Assembly (NCBI RefSeq): GCF_963921235.1 | Contig: NC_086107.1 | Span: forward strand, 109,494,001-109,558,000 | Length of the DNA stretch: 64,000 bases | Direction: 5' to 3' | Origin: Mobula hypostoma | Taxonomy: Eukaryota | Part shown: one piece after another, positions 13,465 through 26,369 of the stretch | Layout of the letters: each line of letters begins with the position of its first letter | How positions within the stretch are numbered: the first letter of the stretch is position 1 | Translations under genes and position numbers: made by a program | The notes under the pieces: generated by a model | What the model was told of the DNA's origin: nothing | The model's database searches: none | The model's input: only the letters and a program-made list of their open reading frames with translations

Positions 13465-15215
13465 ACCAGGAAGGTCTCAAAGCTCTACGCTTCTTTTTGG
13501 ATTCCAGACCTAATCAGTTCCCCTCTACCACCACTCTGCTCCGTCTAGCAGAATTAGTCCTTACTCTTAATAATTTCTCCTTTTGCTCCTCCCATTTCCT
13601 CCAAACTAAAGGTGTAGCTATGGGCACCCGTATGGGTCCTAGCTATGCCTGCCTTTTTGTTGGGTTTGTGGAACAATCTATGTTCCGTGCCTATTCTGGT
13701 ATCTGTCCCCCACTTTTCCTTCGCTACATCGACGACTGCATTGGCGCTGCTTCCTGCACGCATGCAGAACTCGTTGACTTTATTAACTTTGCCTCCAACT
13801 TTCACCCTGCCCTCAAGTTTACCTGGTCCATTTCTGACACCTCCCTCCCCTTTCTAGATCTTTCTGTCTCTGTCTCTGGAGACAGCTTATCCACTGATGT
13901 CTACTATAAGCCTACTGACTCTCACAGCTAGCTGGACTATTCCTCTTCTCACCCTGTCTCTTGCAAAAACGCCATCCCCTTCTCGCAATTCCTCCGTCTC
14001 CGCCGCATCTGCTCTCAGGATGAGGCTTTTCATTCTAGGACGAGGGAGATGTCTTCATTTTTTAAAGAAAGGGGTTTCCCTTCCTCCACTATCAACTCTG
14101 CTCTTAAACGCATCTCCCCCATTTCACGTACATCTGCTCTCACTCCATCCTCCCACCACCCCACTAGGAATAGGGTTCCCCTGGTCCTCACCTACCACCC
14201 CACCAGCCTCCGGGTCCAACATATTATTCTCCGTAACTTCCGCCACCTCCAACGGGATCCCACCACTAAGCATATCTTTCCCTCCCCGCCTCTCTCTGCA
14301 TTCCGCAGGGATCGCTCCCTACACAACTCCCTTGTCCATTCGTCCCCCCCATCCCTCCCCACTGATCTCCCTCCTGGCACTTATCCGTGTAAGCGGAACA
14401 AGTGCTACACATGCCCTTACACTTCCTCCCTTACCACCATTCAGGGCCCCAAACAGTCCTTCCAGGTGAGGCATCACTTCACCTGTGAGTCGACTGGGGT
14501 GATATACTGCGTCCGGTGCTCCCGATGTGGCCTTTTATATATTGGTGAGACCCGACGCAGACTGGGAGACCGCTTTGCTGAACATCTACGCTCTGTCCGC
14601 CAGAGAAAGCAGGATCTCCCAGTGGCCACACATTTTAATTCCACATCCCATTCCCATTCTGACATGTCTATCCACGGCCTCCTCTACTGTAAAGATGAAG
14701 CCACACTCAGGTTGGAGGAACAACACCTTATATTCCGTCTGGGTAGCCTCCAACCTGATGGCATGAACATTGACTTCTCTAACTTCCGCTAATGCCCCAC
14801 CTCCCCCTCGTACCCCAGCTGTTACTCATTTTAATGCACACATTCTTTCTCTCACTCTCCTTTTTCTCCCTCTGTCCCTCTGAATATACCTCTTGCCCAT
14901 CCTCGGTCACCCCCCCCTTGTCTTTCTTCCCGGACCTCCTGTCCCATGATCCTCTCGTATCCCCTTTTGCCAATCACCTGTCCAGCTCTCGGCTCTATCC
15001 CTCCCCCTCCTGTCTTCTCCTATCATCTTGCATCTCCCCCTCCCCCTCCAGCTTTCAAATCCCTTACTCACTCTTCCTTCAGTTAGTCCTGACGAAGGGT
15101 CTCGGCCTGAAACGTCGACTGCGCCTCTTCCTACAGATGCTGCCTGGCCTGCTGCGTTCACCAGCAACTTTGATGTATGTTGCTTGAATTTCCAGCATCT
15201 GCAGAATTCCTGTTG
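13465..15215 (+). mobile_element. Penelope-like element, 5'-truncated (RT plus GIY-YIG endonuclease plus 3' pseudo-LTR with hammerhead motif)
   Basis: GVAMGTRMGPSYA, LRYIDD, LPFLD, YYKPT (RT); GVIYCVRCSRCGLLYIGETRRRLGDRFAEH (GIY-YIG). One in-frame stop at 13929-13931. TSD TTTACCAGGAT at 13454-13464 and 15216-15226. Confidence 0.92.
15085..15120 (+). ncRNA. Minimal type I hammerhead ribozyme motif in Penelope pseudo-LTR
   Basis: AGTC-CTGACGA-agggtctcggcct-GAAA-CGTC-GACT: helix I AGTC/GACT, CUGANGA and GAAA cores, GUC cleavage triplet, minimal palindromic helix III. Confidence 0.8.
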
Positions 15216-15460
15216 TTTACCAGGATGCTGCCTGGTTTAGAGGGCATGTGCTGTCACGAGAGGCTGGATAAACTTGGATTGTTTTCTTCGGAGTATCAGA
15301 GGCTGAGGGGAGATCTGATAGAGGTTTACAAGGTTATGAGAGGCATCGATAGAGTGGACAGAGAGTTTCCCAGAGTTGAAATGTCTAATACCAGAGGGCG
15401 TGCATTGAAAGTGAGGGGAGTATGTTTAAGGGGGATGCAAGGGGTAAGTTTTTTACTCAG

Positions 15461-16135
15461 AGACCCGACGCAGACTGGGAGACCGCTTTGCTGAACATCT
15501 ACACTCTGTCCGCCAGAGAAAGCAGGATCTCCCAGTGGCCACACATTTTAATTCCACATCCCATTCCCATTCTGACATGTCTATCCACGGCCTCCTCTAC
15601 TGTAAAGATGAAGCCACACTCAGGTTGGAGGAACAACACCTTATATTCCGTCTGGGTAGCCTCCAACCTGATGGCATGAACATTGACTTCTCTAACTTCC
15701 GCTAGGCCCCACCTCCCCCTCGTACCCCAGCTGTTACTCATTTTTATGCACACATTCTTTCTCTCACTCTCCTTTTTCTCCCTCTGTCCCTCTGAATATA
15801 CCTCTTGCCCATCCTCTGGGTCACCCCCCCCCCCGTCTTTCTTCCCGGACCTCCTGTCCCGTGATCCTCTCGTATCCCCTTCTGCCTATCACCTGTCCAG
15901 CTCTCGGCTCCATTCCTCCCCCTCCTGTCTTCTTCTATCATTTTGCATCTCCCCCTCCCCCTCCAGCTTTCAAATCCCTTACTCACTCTTCCTTCAGTTA
16001 GTCCTGACGAAGGGTCTCGGCCTGAAACGTCGACTGCGCCTCTTCCTATAGATGCTGCTTGGCCTGCTGCGTTCACCAGCAACTTTGATGTATGTTGCAT
16101 GAATTTCCAGCATCTGCAGAATTCCTGTTGTTTTT
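15461..16135 (+). mobile_element. Second, shorter Penelope-like copy (3' end)
   Basis: Near-identical to 14549-15215; flanked by duplicated GTTTTTTACTCAGAGA (15448-15463 and 16136-16151). Confidence 0.88.
16000..16035 (+). ncRNA. Minimal hammerhead ribozyme motif (second copy)
   Basis: Identical to 15085-15120. Confidence 0.8.
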
Positions 16136-17227
16136 GTTTTTTACTCAGAGAGTCGTGTTTGCCTAGAATGCACTGTTGGGTATGGTGGTAGAGGCTTTTA
16201 AGAGACGTTTGGATAGAAACATGGACGTGAGGAAGATGGAGGGATATGGACATTGGGTAGCTAGGAGGGATTGGTGTTTGGGTATTTTTGATTTACTGTT
16301 TAGCTGGTTCGGCACAACATTGCTGTACTCTTCTATGTTCGATGTTCTAATCCCAGCACCAGGTCGGGAAAGTGCTGCATTGTTAGAGCTGCCTTCTTTT
16401 ACAAAACTGGGACTTAAAAGATGCCAGAGTCTGCAACTTGAATAAGAACCGGGATTAGGACCAGGACCAGACTTGTTATTTCAGCCGTGTATGATGTGAA
16501 GTCTGTAGCTTTGTGGCAACAGTACAGTGCAAAGGCATAAAATTATTCTAAACTGCAAGAGAAATAAATAGTGAAAAACTGATTCAAAGATTCAAGTACG
16601 TTTATTATCACAGTACGTATGCAGTACACAACCCTGAGATTTGTCTTGTCACCGACAGCCATGAAACAAAGAAACACCATGGAACCCGTTCAAAGAAAAA
16701 CATCAAACCCCTCCCCACATACAAAAGAAAAACAAATCTCGCAAACGACAGTAAAAAAAACGAGTGAGAAACACAGAATATAGAATACAAAATTGAAAGA
16801 GTCCAGGCATAATCCGTACAGCTCAGTGTTCATTATCTGCAGGCTGCCCCGATCCGAAATCACCCAAATTAACAATAAAAAAAGGAGTGATCAGAAACCA
16901 GAAACACATCATAGAGTGACTTACAGAGTTCAATCTACAAACTGCATCGATTAAAACTTGCCCTAGATGCAGAACTCGGGCACTGTCCTTCAACAGCATT
17001 GAGAGAGAGACCATTCTAACAACGCAGGGACCTTCCTTTGGGAACAGAGAGTGAGAGTTCTTCCAGAATCCCTGAAGCAGAGGGCTGCCGTAGCATAGAC
17101 ATCCGTGCCAGTCCAGTAAAACAAAGCTGTCGTGTCGATTGCTTCTGTTCGGTATATTAATCACTGTCAGCTGGTCTGTGCGCAGCAAGATTCCATAAAA
17201 GTAAATGTAAAGTTGTGAGTATCTAAA

Positions 17228-17955
17228 TATGGTGCATTCTGGTTAATCGGAAATACTTAGAAAAGTATAAAAAAGACAAACTGAGTAACAAATTGTGTAT
17301 TTAAGTGAAATATAGAACAAATTAGAACACGACCAATAGTACCACAGTACTATAAAACTGTGTATTAGTTCCCAATAGTTTTCAACTGAGGAATTCATCC
17401 AGTGTACGCAATGAACAAAATCAATGCAGAAATCGAGTGTAGATAATGGACTGCCTTCATACGATGCTCTCGACGTTTGCATCGCCCAAATCTTCACTTT
17501 CATTGTAACATTCGAGATGATTGCCGATATCTTCAAGCTCTTCGTATTTCCCAACTTGATGAAGTAGAGAAATAGTTTCACTCCCAGCCATTTCTGGCAC
17601 CTCCAGTCCTGAATGCTTGAAACAGCAGTAAACAAAACTGTTCTGAATTGCCTTACTGCTTATTTCTCACTACCAGTGACAAAATATCACTGCATTTTGA
17701 ATACGAACACACACAACTGACGATATTTACAAATTGTTCGCTCCAAGCACGATGTACCATCTAACAGCTAAACAAGTTCACATGACTGACGCTAGTTAGA
17801 AACTGCTCGGCAACAGTCTCCTGTCCCAATTAAGCGGCATTGTGTCCCAAATAAACAAAGGGAATCCCAGCTATTCTCTTGATTACTTTTTGTTCTGCCC
17901 CAAATAAACGGCTGCCCTGATTAACCAATGGCCCAATTAACCAGAACTGACTATA
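17228..17955. mobile_element. Non-autonomous Tc1/mariner (Tigger/pogo-like) DNA transposon
   Basis: Terminal inverted repeats TTCTGGTTAATCGG / CCAATTAACCAGAA, TA-containing flanks, AT-rich interior. Confidence 0.45.
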
Positions 17956-18579
17956 ATCTGTTTTCTAGAGGTGAGCAATATCAGAAGGTGGAAATGTGAT
18001 TTGCAGCAAGGTTCGTAATAAAGAACAAAAAGGTATAGCTAGGTTGGCAGGTGTCTACAAAGTGCTAGCCGATACCATCAGGGAGGAGGTACAGGAGCTT
18101 GAAGACCCACACGCAACGTTTTAGGAAAAGCTTCTTCCCCCCGCCATCAGATCTCTGCATGTTCCATGAACCCATAAGCATTACCTCACTATTCCTCTTT
18201 TTCACTTCTTTTTGGTAACTTCAGTAATTTTATGTCTTGCTCTGCACTGCTGCCACAAAGCAACAAATTTCAAAGCATACACACATAAAATGTTGGAACT
18301 GGGTTTAGAAAGGTCGGCCGTTTGCTCCCCAAGCTGCCTGGCTTGCTGAGTTTTTAATTTTTATTTTATAGAAATACAGTAGAGAAAAGGCCCTTCCATC
18401 CCCTCGAACCGGGATGCCCCAGCAGGCCCCCAGATTAATTGGAGACAGCTTACAATGACCAATTAACCTATCAACCGGTGCGTCTTTGGACTGTGGGAGG
18501 AAACCGTAGAACCCGGGGGGGGGGAGGGGCAGGAAACCCACGCGGTCACAGGGGGAGGGAGGGCGGGAACGTCAACTCA

Positions 18580-18777
18580 GAGGCCTGCGTCGGGCATTTT
18601 CATGCCTTACAAGGCGCAGATTGGAAGTCTGTGTGGGGCGCCACTCCTCACCCAGACACTAGAGCAATGTGTGGTTAAGTGCCTTGCTCAAGGACACAAA
18701 CACGCTGCCACAGCTGAGGCTCGAACCAGCGACCTTCAGATCACTAGACGAACGCCTTAACCACTTGGCCACGTGTC
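18580..18777 (-). mobile_element. tRNA-derived SINE, family B
   Basis: tRNA head similar to family A with a different 3' body; a + strand copy lies at ~53846-54070. Confidence 0.7.
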
Positions 18778-19479
18778 CTCCTTGGTCACTGGGAGAACGT
18801 ACAAACTCCTTACAGACAGCAGCGGGAATTGAACCCGGGTTGCCTGTACTGTAAAGCGTTGTGCTAACCACTACACTACCGTGCCTCCAGCATCTGCAGA
18901 ATCTCTTATGAATCTGGTTCAATATGGATAGGTGCAGGGTGACTGGCGTGAAGAGGCTAGGCTGAAGGGCCTGTTTCTCCGATCTCTGATCCTGTAATTC
19001 TAATTCTTCTTCCACCATTCTTCCACACAGTGACTTCAAGATCCCAGCTGCTATCCGGACAAGACAGTATTTTGTAACATCTCGAAGCCACAATGCGAAT
19101 CAGAATGAAGTTTAGTTGCACCAGCATAGGTCATGAAATTTGTTGTTTTGCAACAGTGGTATGGTAGCGTAGTGGTTAGCACAATGCTTTAGATAAACCT
19201 CGAAAGTAGTAACCTGGAACTAAATTAATATCGTTCCTGTAACAGCATCTGTCCAAATCACTAATCTTCTATCCTGGAATTTGGACTAAGGAAGGCAGGG
19301 GGCATTGTCATCCCTGTGCTTGACAAGACTGAAGCAAGAGTTAAATCCAATTACAAAGAAACCCTAATTGGCTGGAAAGCGTGCCTCTTCACGTGCGTAA
19401 CTGCCACCTTCTTTCGGTTGCCCGCCTGTGAGAGCAGCCAGACTCCGTGGCAGCGACACCTTGCACCTAAAATGCATGT

Positions 19480-20900
19480 CCTCTAGTATTTGACATTTCC
19501 TATCCCATCATCCACTGCCTTGCCTTCGTCAACTTTCCTGGTAACTTCCTCAGAAAACTCTATAAGATTGGTTAGAGATTGCCTACCAAACATGAAGCCT
19601 TGCTGACCAACCTTAATCAGTCCATCCTATGCAAAAATTTATTTATCCAGTCCCTCTGGTCCATAATTTCTTGGTTTATTTTTAGAGCCTTTATTAAACA
19701 GTGGAGCAGCATTGGTTATCCTCCAGTCCTCTGGTACCTCACCTGTCTCTAAGGATGATTTAAATATCTCTGTCAGGGCCACACCGATGTTTGCACTTAC
19801 CTTCCGTAGGGTCCGAGGGAACACCTTGTCAGGCCCTGGGGACTTATCCACCATAATTTGCCATAGGACAGCATACACCTCCTCCTCTGTAATTTGTATG
19901 GGGTCTATTTGTCTCAATTCTATAGACTCTGTGTCCACCTCCTGAGATAATACAGATGCAAAAAACATTATTTAAGATCTCCCCCATCCGCTTTGACTCC
20001 ACACATGGATTGCCATTCTGATCTTCCAGAGGACCAGTTTTGTCCTTTGCAATTCTTATGCTCTTGACGTACAGTATCTGTAGAATCCCTTAGGGTTCTC
20101 CTTCACCCTGTCTGCTAGGGCAACCTCCCGTCTTTTTTTAGCCTTCCTGATTTCTTTCTTAAGTGTTCTTTTGCATTACTTATACTCCATAAGCACCTCA
20201 TTTGTTCCTACCTGCCTGTACCTGTTATACACCTTTTTTTCCCTTAACCAGGGCCTCAAAATCTCTTGAAAACTAAGGTTCCCTTCGCCTGTTATCTTTA
20301 CCTTTTATTTTGACGGGCACATACAAGCTTTGTACTCTCAAAGTTCACTTTTGAAGGCCTCCGATTTACCAAATACACTTTTGCCAAAAAACAGCCTGTC
20401 CCAATCCACACTTGCCAGATCATTTTTGATACCATCAAAATTGGCCTTTCTCCAATTTAGAATGTCAGCCTGCAGACCAGACCTATTTTTTTTTTCCATA
20501 TTTACTTTGAAACTAATGGCATTGTGATCACTGGATGCAAAGTGATCCCCTACACAAACTTCTGTCACCTGCCCTGTCTCATTCCCTAATAGCAGATCAA
20601 GTACCACACACTCTCTCATTCGGACTTCTACGCACTGATGAGGGAAACTTTCCTGAGCACCTTTGATAAACTCTATCCCATCTAGTCCTTTTATAGTATA
20701 GGAGTTCCAGTCAATATATGTAAAGTTAAAATCACCTACTATAATAACCTTATGTTTCTTGCAGTAGTCTGCAATCTCTCTGAAAATTGTTCCTCTAAAT
20801 CCCTCAGACTGTTGGGTGGTCCATAATTTAACCCCATTAATGTGATCATACCTTTCTTATTTCTCAGTTCCACCCGTAACACCTCGGTAGACAAGTTCTC
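19480..20900 (-). mobile_element. CR1 LINE internal fragment (endonuclease to RT region), degenerate
   Basis: LDLLLGNE...SDHNAISF, KSPGPD, GEVPEDWRITNAAPLFNKG motifs. Confidence 0.85.
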
Positions 20901-20985
20901 CAGTTGCCCTGGAAGTTTTGGAGAGGGTGCGGAGGAGGTTTACCAGGATGCTGCCTGGATTAAAGAGCATGTCTTATGAGGGTCA

Positions 20986-21293
20986 GTGGGCACGTGGTCA
21001 AGTGGTTAAGGCATTGGACTAGCAATCTGAAGGTCGTGAGTTCGAGCCCCAGCCGAGGCAGCGTGTTGTGTCCTTGAGCAAGGCACTTAACCACACATTG
21101 CTCTGTGACGACACTGGTGCCAAGCTGTATGGGTCCTAATGCCCTTCCCTTGGACCACATTGGTGGCGTGGAGAGGGGAGACTTCCAACATGGGCAACTG
21201 CTGGTCTTCCATACAACCTTGCCCAGGCCTGCGCCCTGGAGAGTAAAGACTTTCCAGGCGCAGATCCATGGTCTCGCAAGACTAACGGATGCC
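20986..21293 (+). mobile_element. tRNA-derived SINE, family A, inserted in a CR1 fragment (20905-21730)
   Basis: Flanking direct repeat CTTATGAGGGTCAGT at 20973-20987 and 21293-21307. Confidence 0.85.
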
Positions 21294-22336
21294 TTATGAG
21301 GGTCAGTTGAGCGAGCTAGGGCTTTTTTCTTTGGCGAGAAGGAGGATAGGAAATGACTTGATAGAGTTGTACTAGATGATAAGAGGCATAGATCATGTGG
21401 ACAACCAGAGACCTCTTTTTCCCCCAGGGAGGAAGTGGCTAACACAAGGGCGCATAACATGAAGGTGTTTGGAAGAAAGTGTGGGTGGGATGCCAGAGGT
21501 AGGGTTTTACAGAGAGAGTGGTGGGCACGAGGAAATCATTGCCAGGGGTGGTGGTAGAGGCAGTTACGTTAGGAACATTTAGGAATCTTATCGATAGGCA
21601 GTTGGCTGATAGAAAAATGAAGGGCTATGTAGAAGGGAAGGGTCAGGTTAATTTTGGAGTAGATTAAAGTGCTAGCATAGCATAGTGGGCCGAAGGGTCT
21701 GGACTGTGCCTACTGTTTTAAATTCTATGTTGTAATCTGTGCATCAGTCTATGAATATTAAGATACCATGTACTTTACTAATCGCTCTCTATCACTTTCA
21801 AAGATCTGTGCAAATGTTCCCTGAAGCCCCCTCTGCTGTTGAACTCTATTTTGAGCTGCGATGTTTGGTCAGCCTTGTCTCTTACTGTCCTTGGCAGAGA
21901 ACATCGCTTCGCACACCATCTGGCATTGTCTGCGTCTTCTACCAGACTAGAGGCATCCTCGCCTCGCTGTGTACCACGCTCCTGTTATGTCTCGACCGGC
22001 GTCAACCGAAGAACAGATTTTCGCACTGGCATTTGTGGGATCTTGCTGTGCGCCGACCAGCTGCCACCCCTGCACGCCCTCCCTCCAAACCCCCCGTGCA
22101 ACCTTGTTGAAAACAGTGGGCTTCACTGGCCATGAGACAGAGATGAGCGGTGCTCGGGAAACGTATGGGGTTTGTTTCAGTTGAAAACTTCGCTGTGTGT
22201 GGGAGGAAGCGGAGGAGAGGCAGGCTGGCTCCAGCACAAACAGCCCACCTTAGCAGGGTGTGGAGAATCAAATGCCAGATCGTCCCCGTCGCTGGAGAGA
22301 GGGAACAAAGAAACAGCCCGGCAGTCCTGCAAGGCG

Positions 22337-22400
22337 ATTGGCTGCATCCTACCTTACAGACACCTGCAGCCTCCCTTCCCCTGTCCCAGGTCTATAAAAG
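22337..22400 (+). promoter_or_regulatory. Core promoter of the CGRP-like gene: inverted CCAAT box (ATTGG 22337-22341) and TATA box (TATAAAAG 22393-22400)
   Basis: Canonical TATAAAAG in non-repetitive sequence, about 85 bp upstream of a strong splice donor (ACAG|gtaagg at 22483/22484). Confidence 0.75.
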
Positions 22401-22422
22401 AGCCTGGGCTACAGCTCAGGGA

Positions 22423-22483
22423 ACAGAGACTCCCAGCTCACTGAGAAATACAAGCCTTCGAGCCCCTAGAGGGACACTGACAG
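22423..22483 (+). other. Non-coding exon 1 (5'UTR) of the CGRP-like gene; start approximate
   Basis: Start inferred ~30 nt downstream of the TATA; contains no ATG; ends at consensus donor CAG|GTAAGG. CALCA and IAPP also have a non-coding first exon. Confidence 0.7.
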
Positions 22484-22529
22484 GTAAGGAGTGGCACTTC
22501 CTAACTCATACTTCCCATCCTGTCAATGG

Positions 22530-22565
22530 TGAGTGAGTGAGAGAGAGATGGTGAGATAGAATGTG

Positions 22566-22604
<39 letters not shown>

Positions 22605-22900
22605 TAGAGAGAGAGAGAGACTGAGAGAGAAAAGGGACACAGAGACACAGAAAGAGAGGCAGGCAGAATGTGAGAGAAAGAGACACACAGAGAAACAGAG
22701 AGACTGGGAGAGAAAAGAGACAGAAAGAGAGAGACAGAGGAAGAGAAAAAGACATAATTTGTGTGAGAAAGAGAGATAAAGAGATAGAGTGAGAGAGAGA
22801 GACACAAAGACAGAGAGACAGAGATAGAGAGAGAGAGAGAGAGAGGGACATGGAGGCACACGGGGAGAAAGGCAGACAAAGAGAGAGAGAAAGAGAAAAG
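22530..22900 (+). repeat. (GA)n-rich compound microsatellite at the start of intron 1
   Basis: Direct reading of GA/GACA repeats. Confidence 0.9.
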
Positions 22901-24364
22901 GTCCCTGACAAAGGGTCTCAGCCCAAAACTTTTGACTGTTTATTCATTTCCATGGATGCTGCCGGACCTGCTGAGTTCCCCTGGCATGTTATGTGCGCTG
23001 CTGAAGATTTCCAGCATCTGCAGAATCTCTTGCCTTTCCCTTATGCCCTGCCCCTCAGCTGCCGTAGACACAATGACTGCATTGTCTTCAGACTGTTCGC
23101 CTGCTGCTCCCCCTCCCCACCCCCACCCTCGTGGCGTTGCACAGGCCCTTCGCTCCAACTCACCAATGCCGACCGCGTTGTCTACCTCTACGTTAGTCCC
23201 ATTTGTCTGCGTTCAGCCCATGATCTCCTAAACCAGGGGTTCCCAACCTGGTGTCCATGGACCCCTTGCTTTAATGGCATTGGTCCATGGCTTCAAAAGT
23301 GGTTGGGAACCCCTGCTCTAAACCTCCCCGATCCACGAACCCATCTTAGCTTACTGTCTGCTACGCCGCTGGTGTTCAGGGCAGCAATAAAGGTCAGCTG
23401 AGTCTGGCAGTGTTCAGAGCTTCCTTCATTGTGTCAGAAGCTTCCTCTCGGTTTTCACTACAGTCAGTCATGCAGGGCCCGGGTCAGGAATACCGTCGCA
23501 CTCAGATGTAGAAGGATTCCTCATTGCTGTTTCCGTAACAGTTTTGTTTGACCAGTCAGGGCTGTTAGCCCCGAGCTGAGCCCCCGAACCTGGAGGACCC
23601 AGTGGACCACTCTTACTCTAGCCTTTACCCTTTGACCTATCTGACATGGGTGACCCTACCAAAAGCCAAAGCACAAAAGCCCACAACTCCAGCCAGCATA
23701 TCTCTCCGGGTCATAGAGGCATACAAGTCTCCAAACCCAACGACAAGGTTGTGGTCCTCTTGGAGGCACATATCCATCTGGATCTTATTTAAACATTGTA
23801 ATTCAAAGCTTCAAAGGTTCATTTTATTGTCAAAGTATGCATGTACAATACAACTCTGATATTTGTCTTCTCCAGATAGCCACGAAATACTGAAAGACCT
23901 TGGGAGTTGTTGAAAGAAAAGACATCAACCCCTTCCCAACATGAAAAAGAAAAGAAACAATACTCACAAACCCCAAACCCCCACCCCCTCCCCCACAGGA
24001 AAAATCAGCATCAAACTTTACCTGACCCTACTACTTCCTCCAGCAACTTGTTCCATCTATATTACCACCATCTCTGAAAACGTTGCCCCTCTATATCCCT
24101 TTTGAAATCTTCCCCCTTTCACCTTAAACCTATTTCCTCTTGCTTTAGACTTCGCTAACCTGGGAAAAAGACTGTGACCACCTGCCTAATCTACATCCCC
24201 TGAGGTTTTACAGACCTCTGTGAGGTATAGACATCACCCTTCGCTCCAGGGGAAAAAAAATCACAGCATATCAAGACTCCTCTTATAACTCAAGCCATCC
24301 ACTCCCAGTAACACCCTCATGAATCTTTCCAGCTCCACTCCTGGCTGAATTCCTTATCTGCACA

Positions 24365-25290
24365 GGGACCCCAGGGTGTTATGTTGAGGCTTTGGAGAGG
24401 GTGCAGAAGAGGTTTACCAGGATGCTGCCTGGTTTAGAGGGCACAGATGGATACTTTATTGATCCCAAAGGAAATTACAGTGTCACAGTAGCATTACAAA
24501 TATTAGAAGTGAAATAAGAAAGAATAAAAAATAAGTTACCTCAAACAGCCTAACAGGAGGGGGGGGGTCATCACTTCCCCGGCTATTTGTTGACTCATTA
24601 TAGAGCCTAATGTCTGAGGGTAAGAATGATCTCATATAGCGCTCTTTGGAACAGCGCAGTTGTCCTAGTCTATTGCTAAAAATGTCTCCTCTATTCAGCC
24701 AAGGTGGCATGCAGAGGGTGAGAAACATTGTCCAGAATTGCCGGGATTTTCCATAGGGTCCCTTGTCCTATCACAGCCTCCAGTGAGTCCAGTTTGACTC
24801 CTATAACAGAGCCAGCCTTTCTAATCATGTGCTATCACGAGAGGCTGGATAAACGAGGGTTGTTTTCTCTGGAGTGTCGGAGGCTGAGGGGAGATCTGAT
24901 AGAGGTTTACAAGATTATGAGTGACATAGATAGAGTAGACAGAGACTATCTGTTTCCCAGAGTTGAAATGTCTAATACCAGAGGGCATGCATTGAAGGTT
25001 AGAGGGATTAGGTTCAAAGGGTATGTGAGGGGGACGTCTTTTACTCAGAGAGTGGTGGATGCCGGGAACGTGCTGCCTGGTGTGGTGGTAGAGGCAAATA
25101 CGTCAGAAGTTTTCAAGAGATATTTAGATAGGTATATGTATGTGAAGAAGATGAAGGGATATGGACATTGTGTAGGTAAGGAGGGATTAGAGTTTGGGTG
25201 TTTTGGATTTGCTTTTTAGTTGGGTCAGCACAACATTGTGGGCCGAAGGGCCTGTTTCTGTGCTGTACTCTTCTATGCTCTATGTTATTG
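24365..25290 (+). mobile_element. CR1 3' fragment with a nested minus-strand non-LTR 3' end (24445-24827)
   Basis: CR1 motifs LECRRLRGDLIEVYKI; insert reads RYMRSFLPSDIRLYN on minus with a GGGATCAATAAAGTATC tail. Confidence 0.7.
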
Positions 25291-26369
25291 GCTGGCTGGC
25301 CTGAGATTTCCTAGGAACATGGGTCTTCTCCCTTACTACCATCAGGGAAGAGGCAAAAGAGCCTAAAGACCCACACTCAGCATTTCAGGAACAGCTTTAG
25401 GATCAATAGCTCGAGAGGAAGATCAAGCGGCTTTCTCCCAGGCTGGAAATGTCTGAGACAAGGGGGCATTCCCCTCGCTGTCTGTAAGGAGTTTGTACGT
25501 TCTCCCCAAGACCGCGTGGGTTTCCTCCTGGTGCTCTGGTTTCCTCCCACAGTCCAAAGACTGTGGTAGGTTAATTGGTCATTGTAAATTGTCCCTGATT
25601 AGGCTAGGGTTAGGCTGGGGGGTGCTGCTAGAAGAGCTGGAGGGGCCCATTCCGCACGGTATCTCAGTAAAAACAAATATAATTTAAGGTGATTGGAAGG
25701 AAATAATAAGGCGGGGAATGTCAGAGGTAGGTTTTGTTATGCAGAGAGTGGTGGGTACATGGAATGCACTGCCAGGGATGGTGGTGGAGCAGATACAACA
25801 TATGGACACTTAAGAACACAAGAGACCCTGCAGATGCTGGAAATCCAGACACAAAATGCTGGAGGAACTCAGCAGGTCAGGCAGCGTCTACGGAGAGGAA
25901 TAAACAGTCCTCGTTTTGGGACAAGACCCTTCATCAGGACTTGAAGGAAAGGGAGGAGAAGCCACAAAAAGAAGGTAGGCATTTAAGAGCCTCTTAGACT
26001 GGCACAGAGATGAAAGAAAAACGGAGAGAAGGTTTAGATTGATCTTGGAGTAGGTTAAAGGGCTGGCATAACATTGTGGGCTGAACAGCCTGTACTGTTT
26101 ATGTTCTAACAGATTCTACCTCTCTGCCATCAGATTTCTGAAAGGTCTATGACCACCTCCTTGCTATTCCTCTTTTGCACGAATTCTTTCTGTCTTGCAC
26201 CGTACTGCTGCCACAGAACAACAAATTTAATGGTGTACAATATGTCAGTGATAATAAACCTGATTGTAATTCTAATATTGACCAGGAGTCTCAAATTTCC
26301 ATTTTATTGGTTTGTTTGATTCGGGAGTCTTTGCCAAGGGGCAGGTCTCTCTGTTAGCTCCTGGGTAAA

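Larger units (their letters stand above)
13015..16345 (+). mobile_element. CR1 LINE fragment split by two Penelope-like insertions
   Basis: CR1 RT/C-terminal sequence at 13015-13464, 15216-15463 and 16136-16345 is colinear once the insertions are removed. Confidence 0.8.

Noticed and set aside
13050..13931. 293-aa ORF as a novel CR1-Penelope fusion protein
   Set aside because: Chance read-through across an insertion junction; the CR1 part is frameshifted and the Penelope RT is truncated and ends at a premature stop.
22501..22911. Leu/Ser- and Glu/Arg-rich ORFs
   Set aside because: (GA)n microsatellite artefacts; the same applies to 35598-36068.
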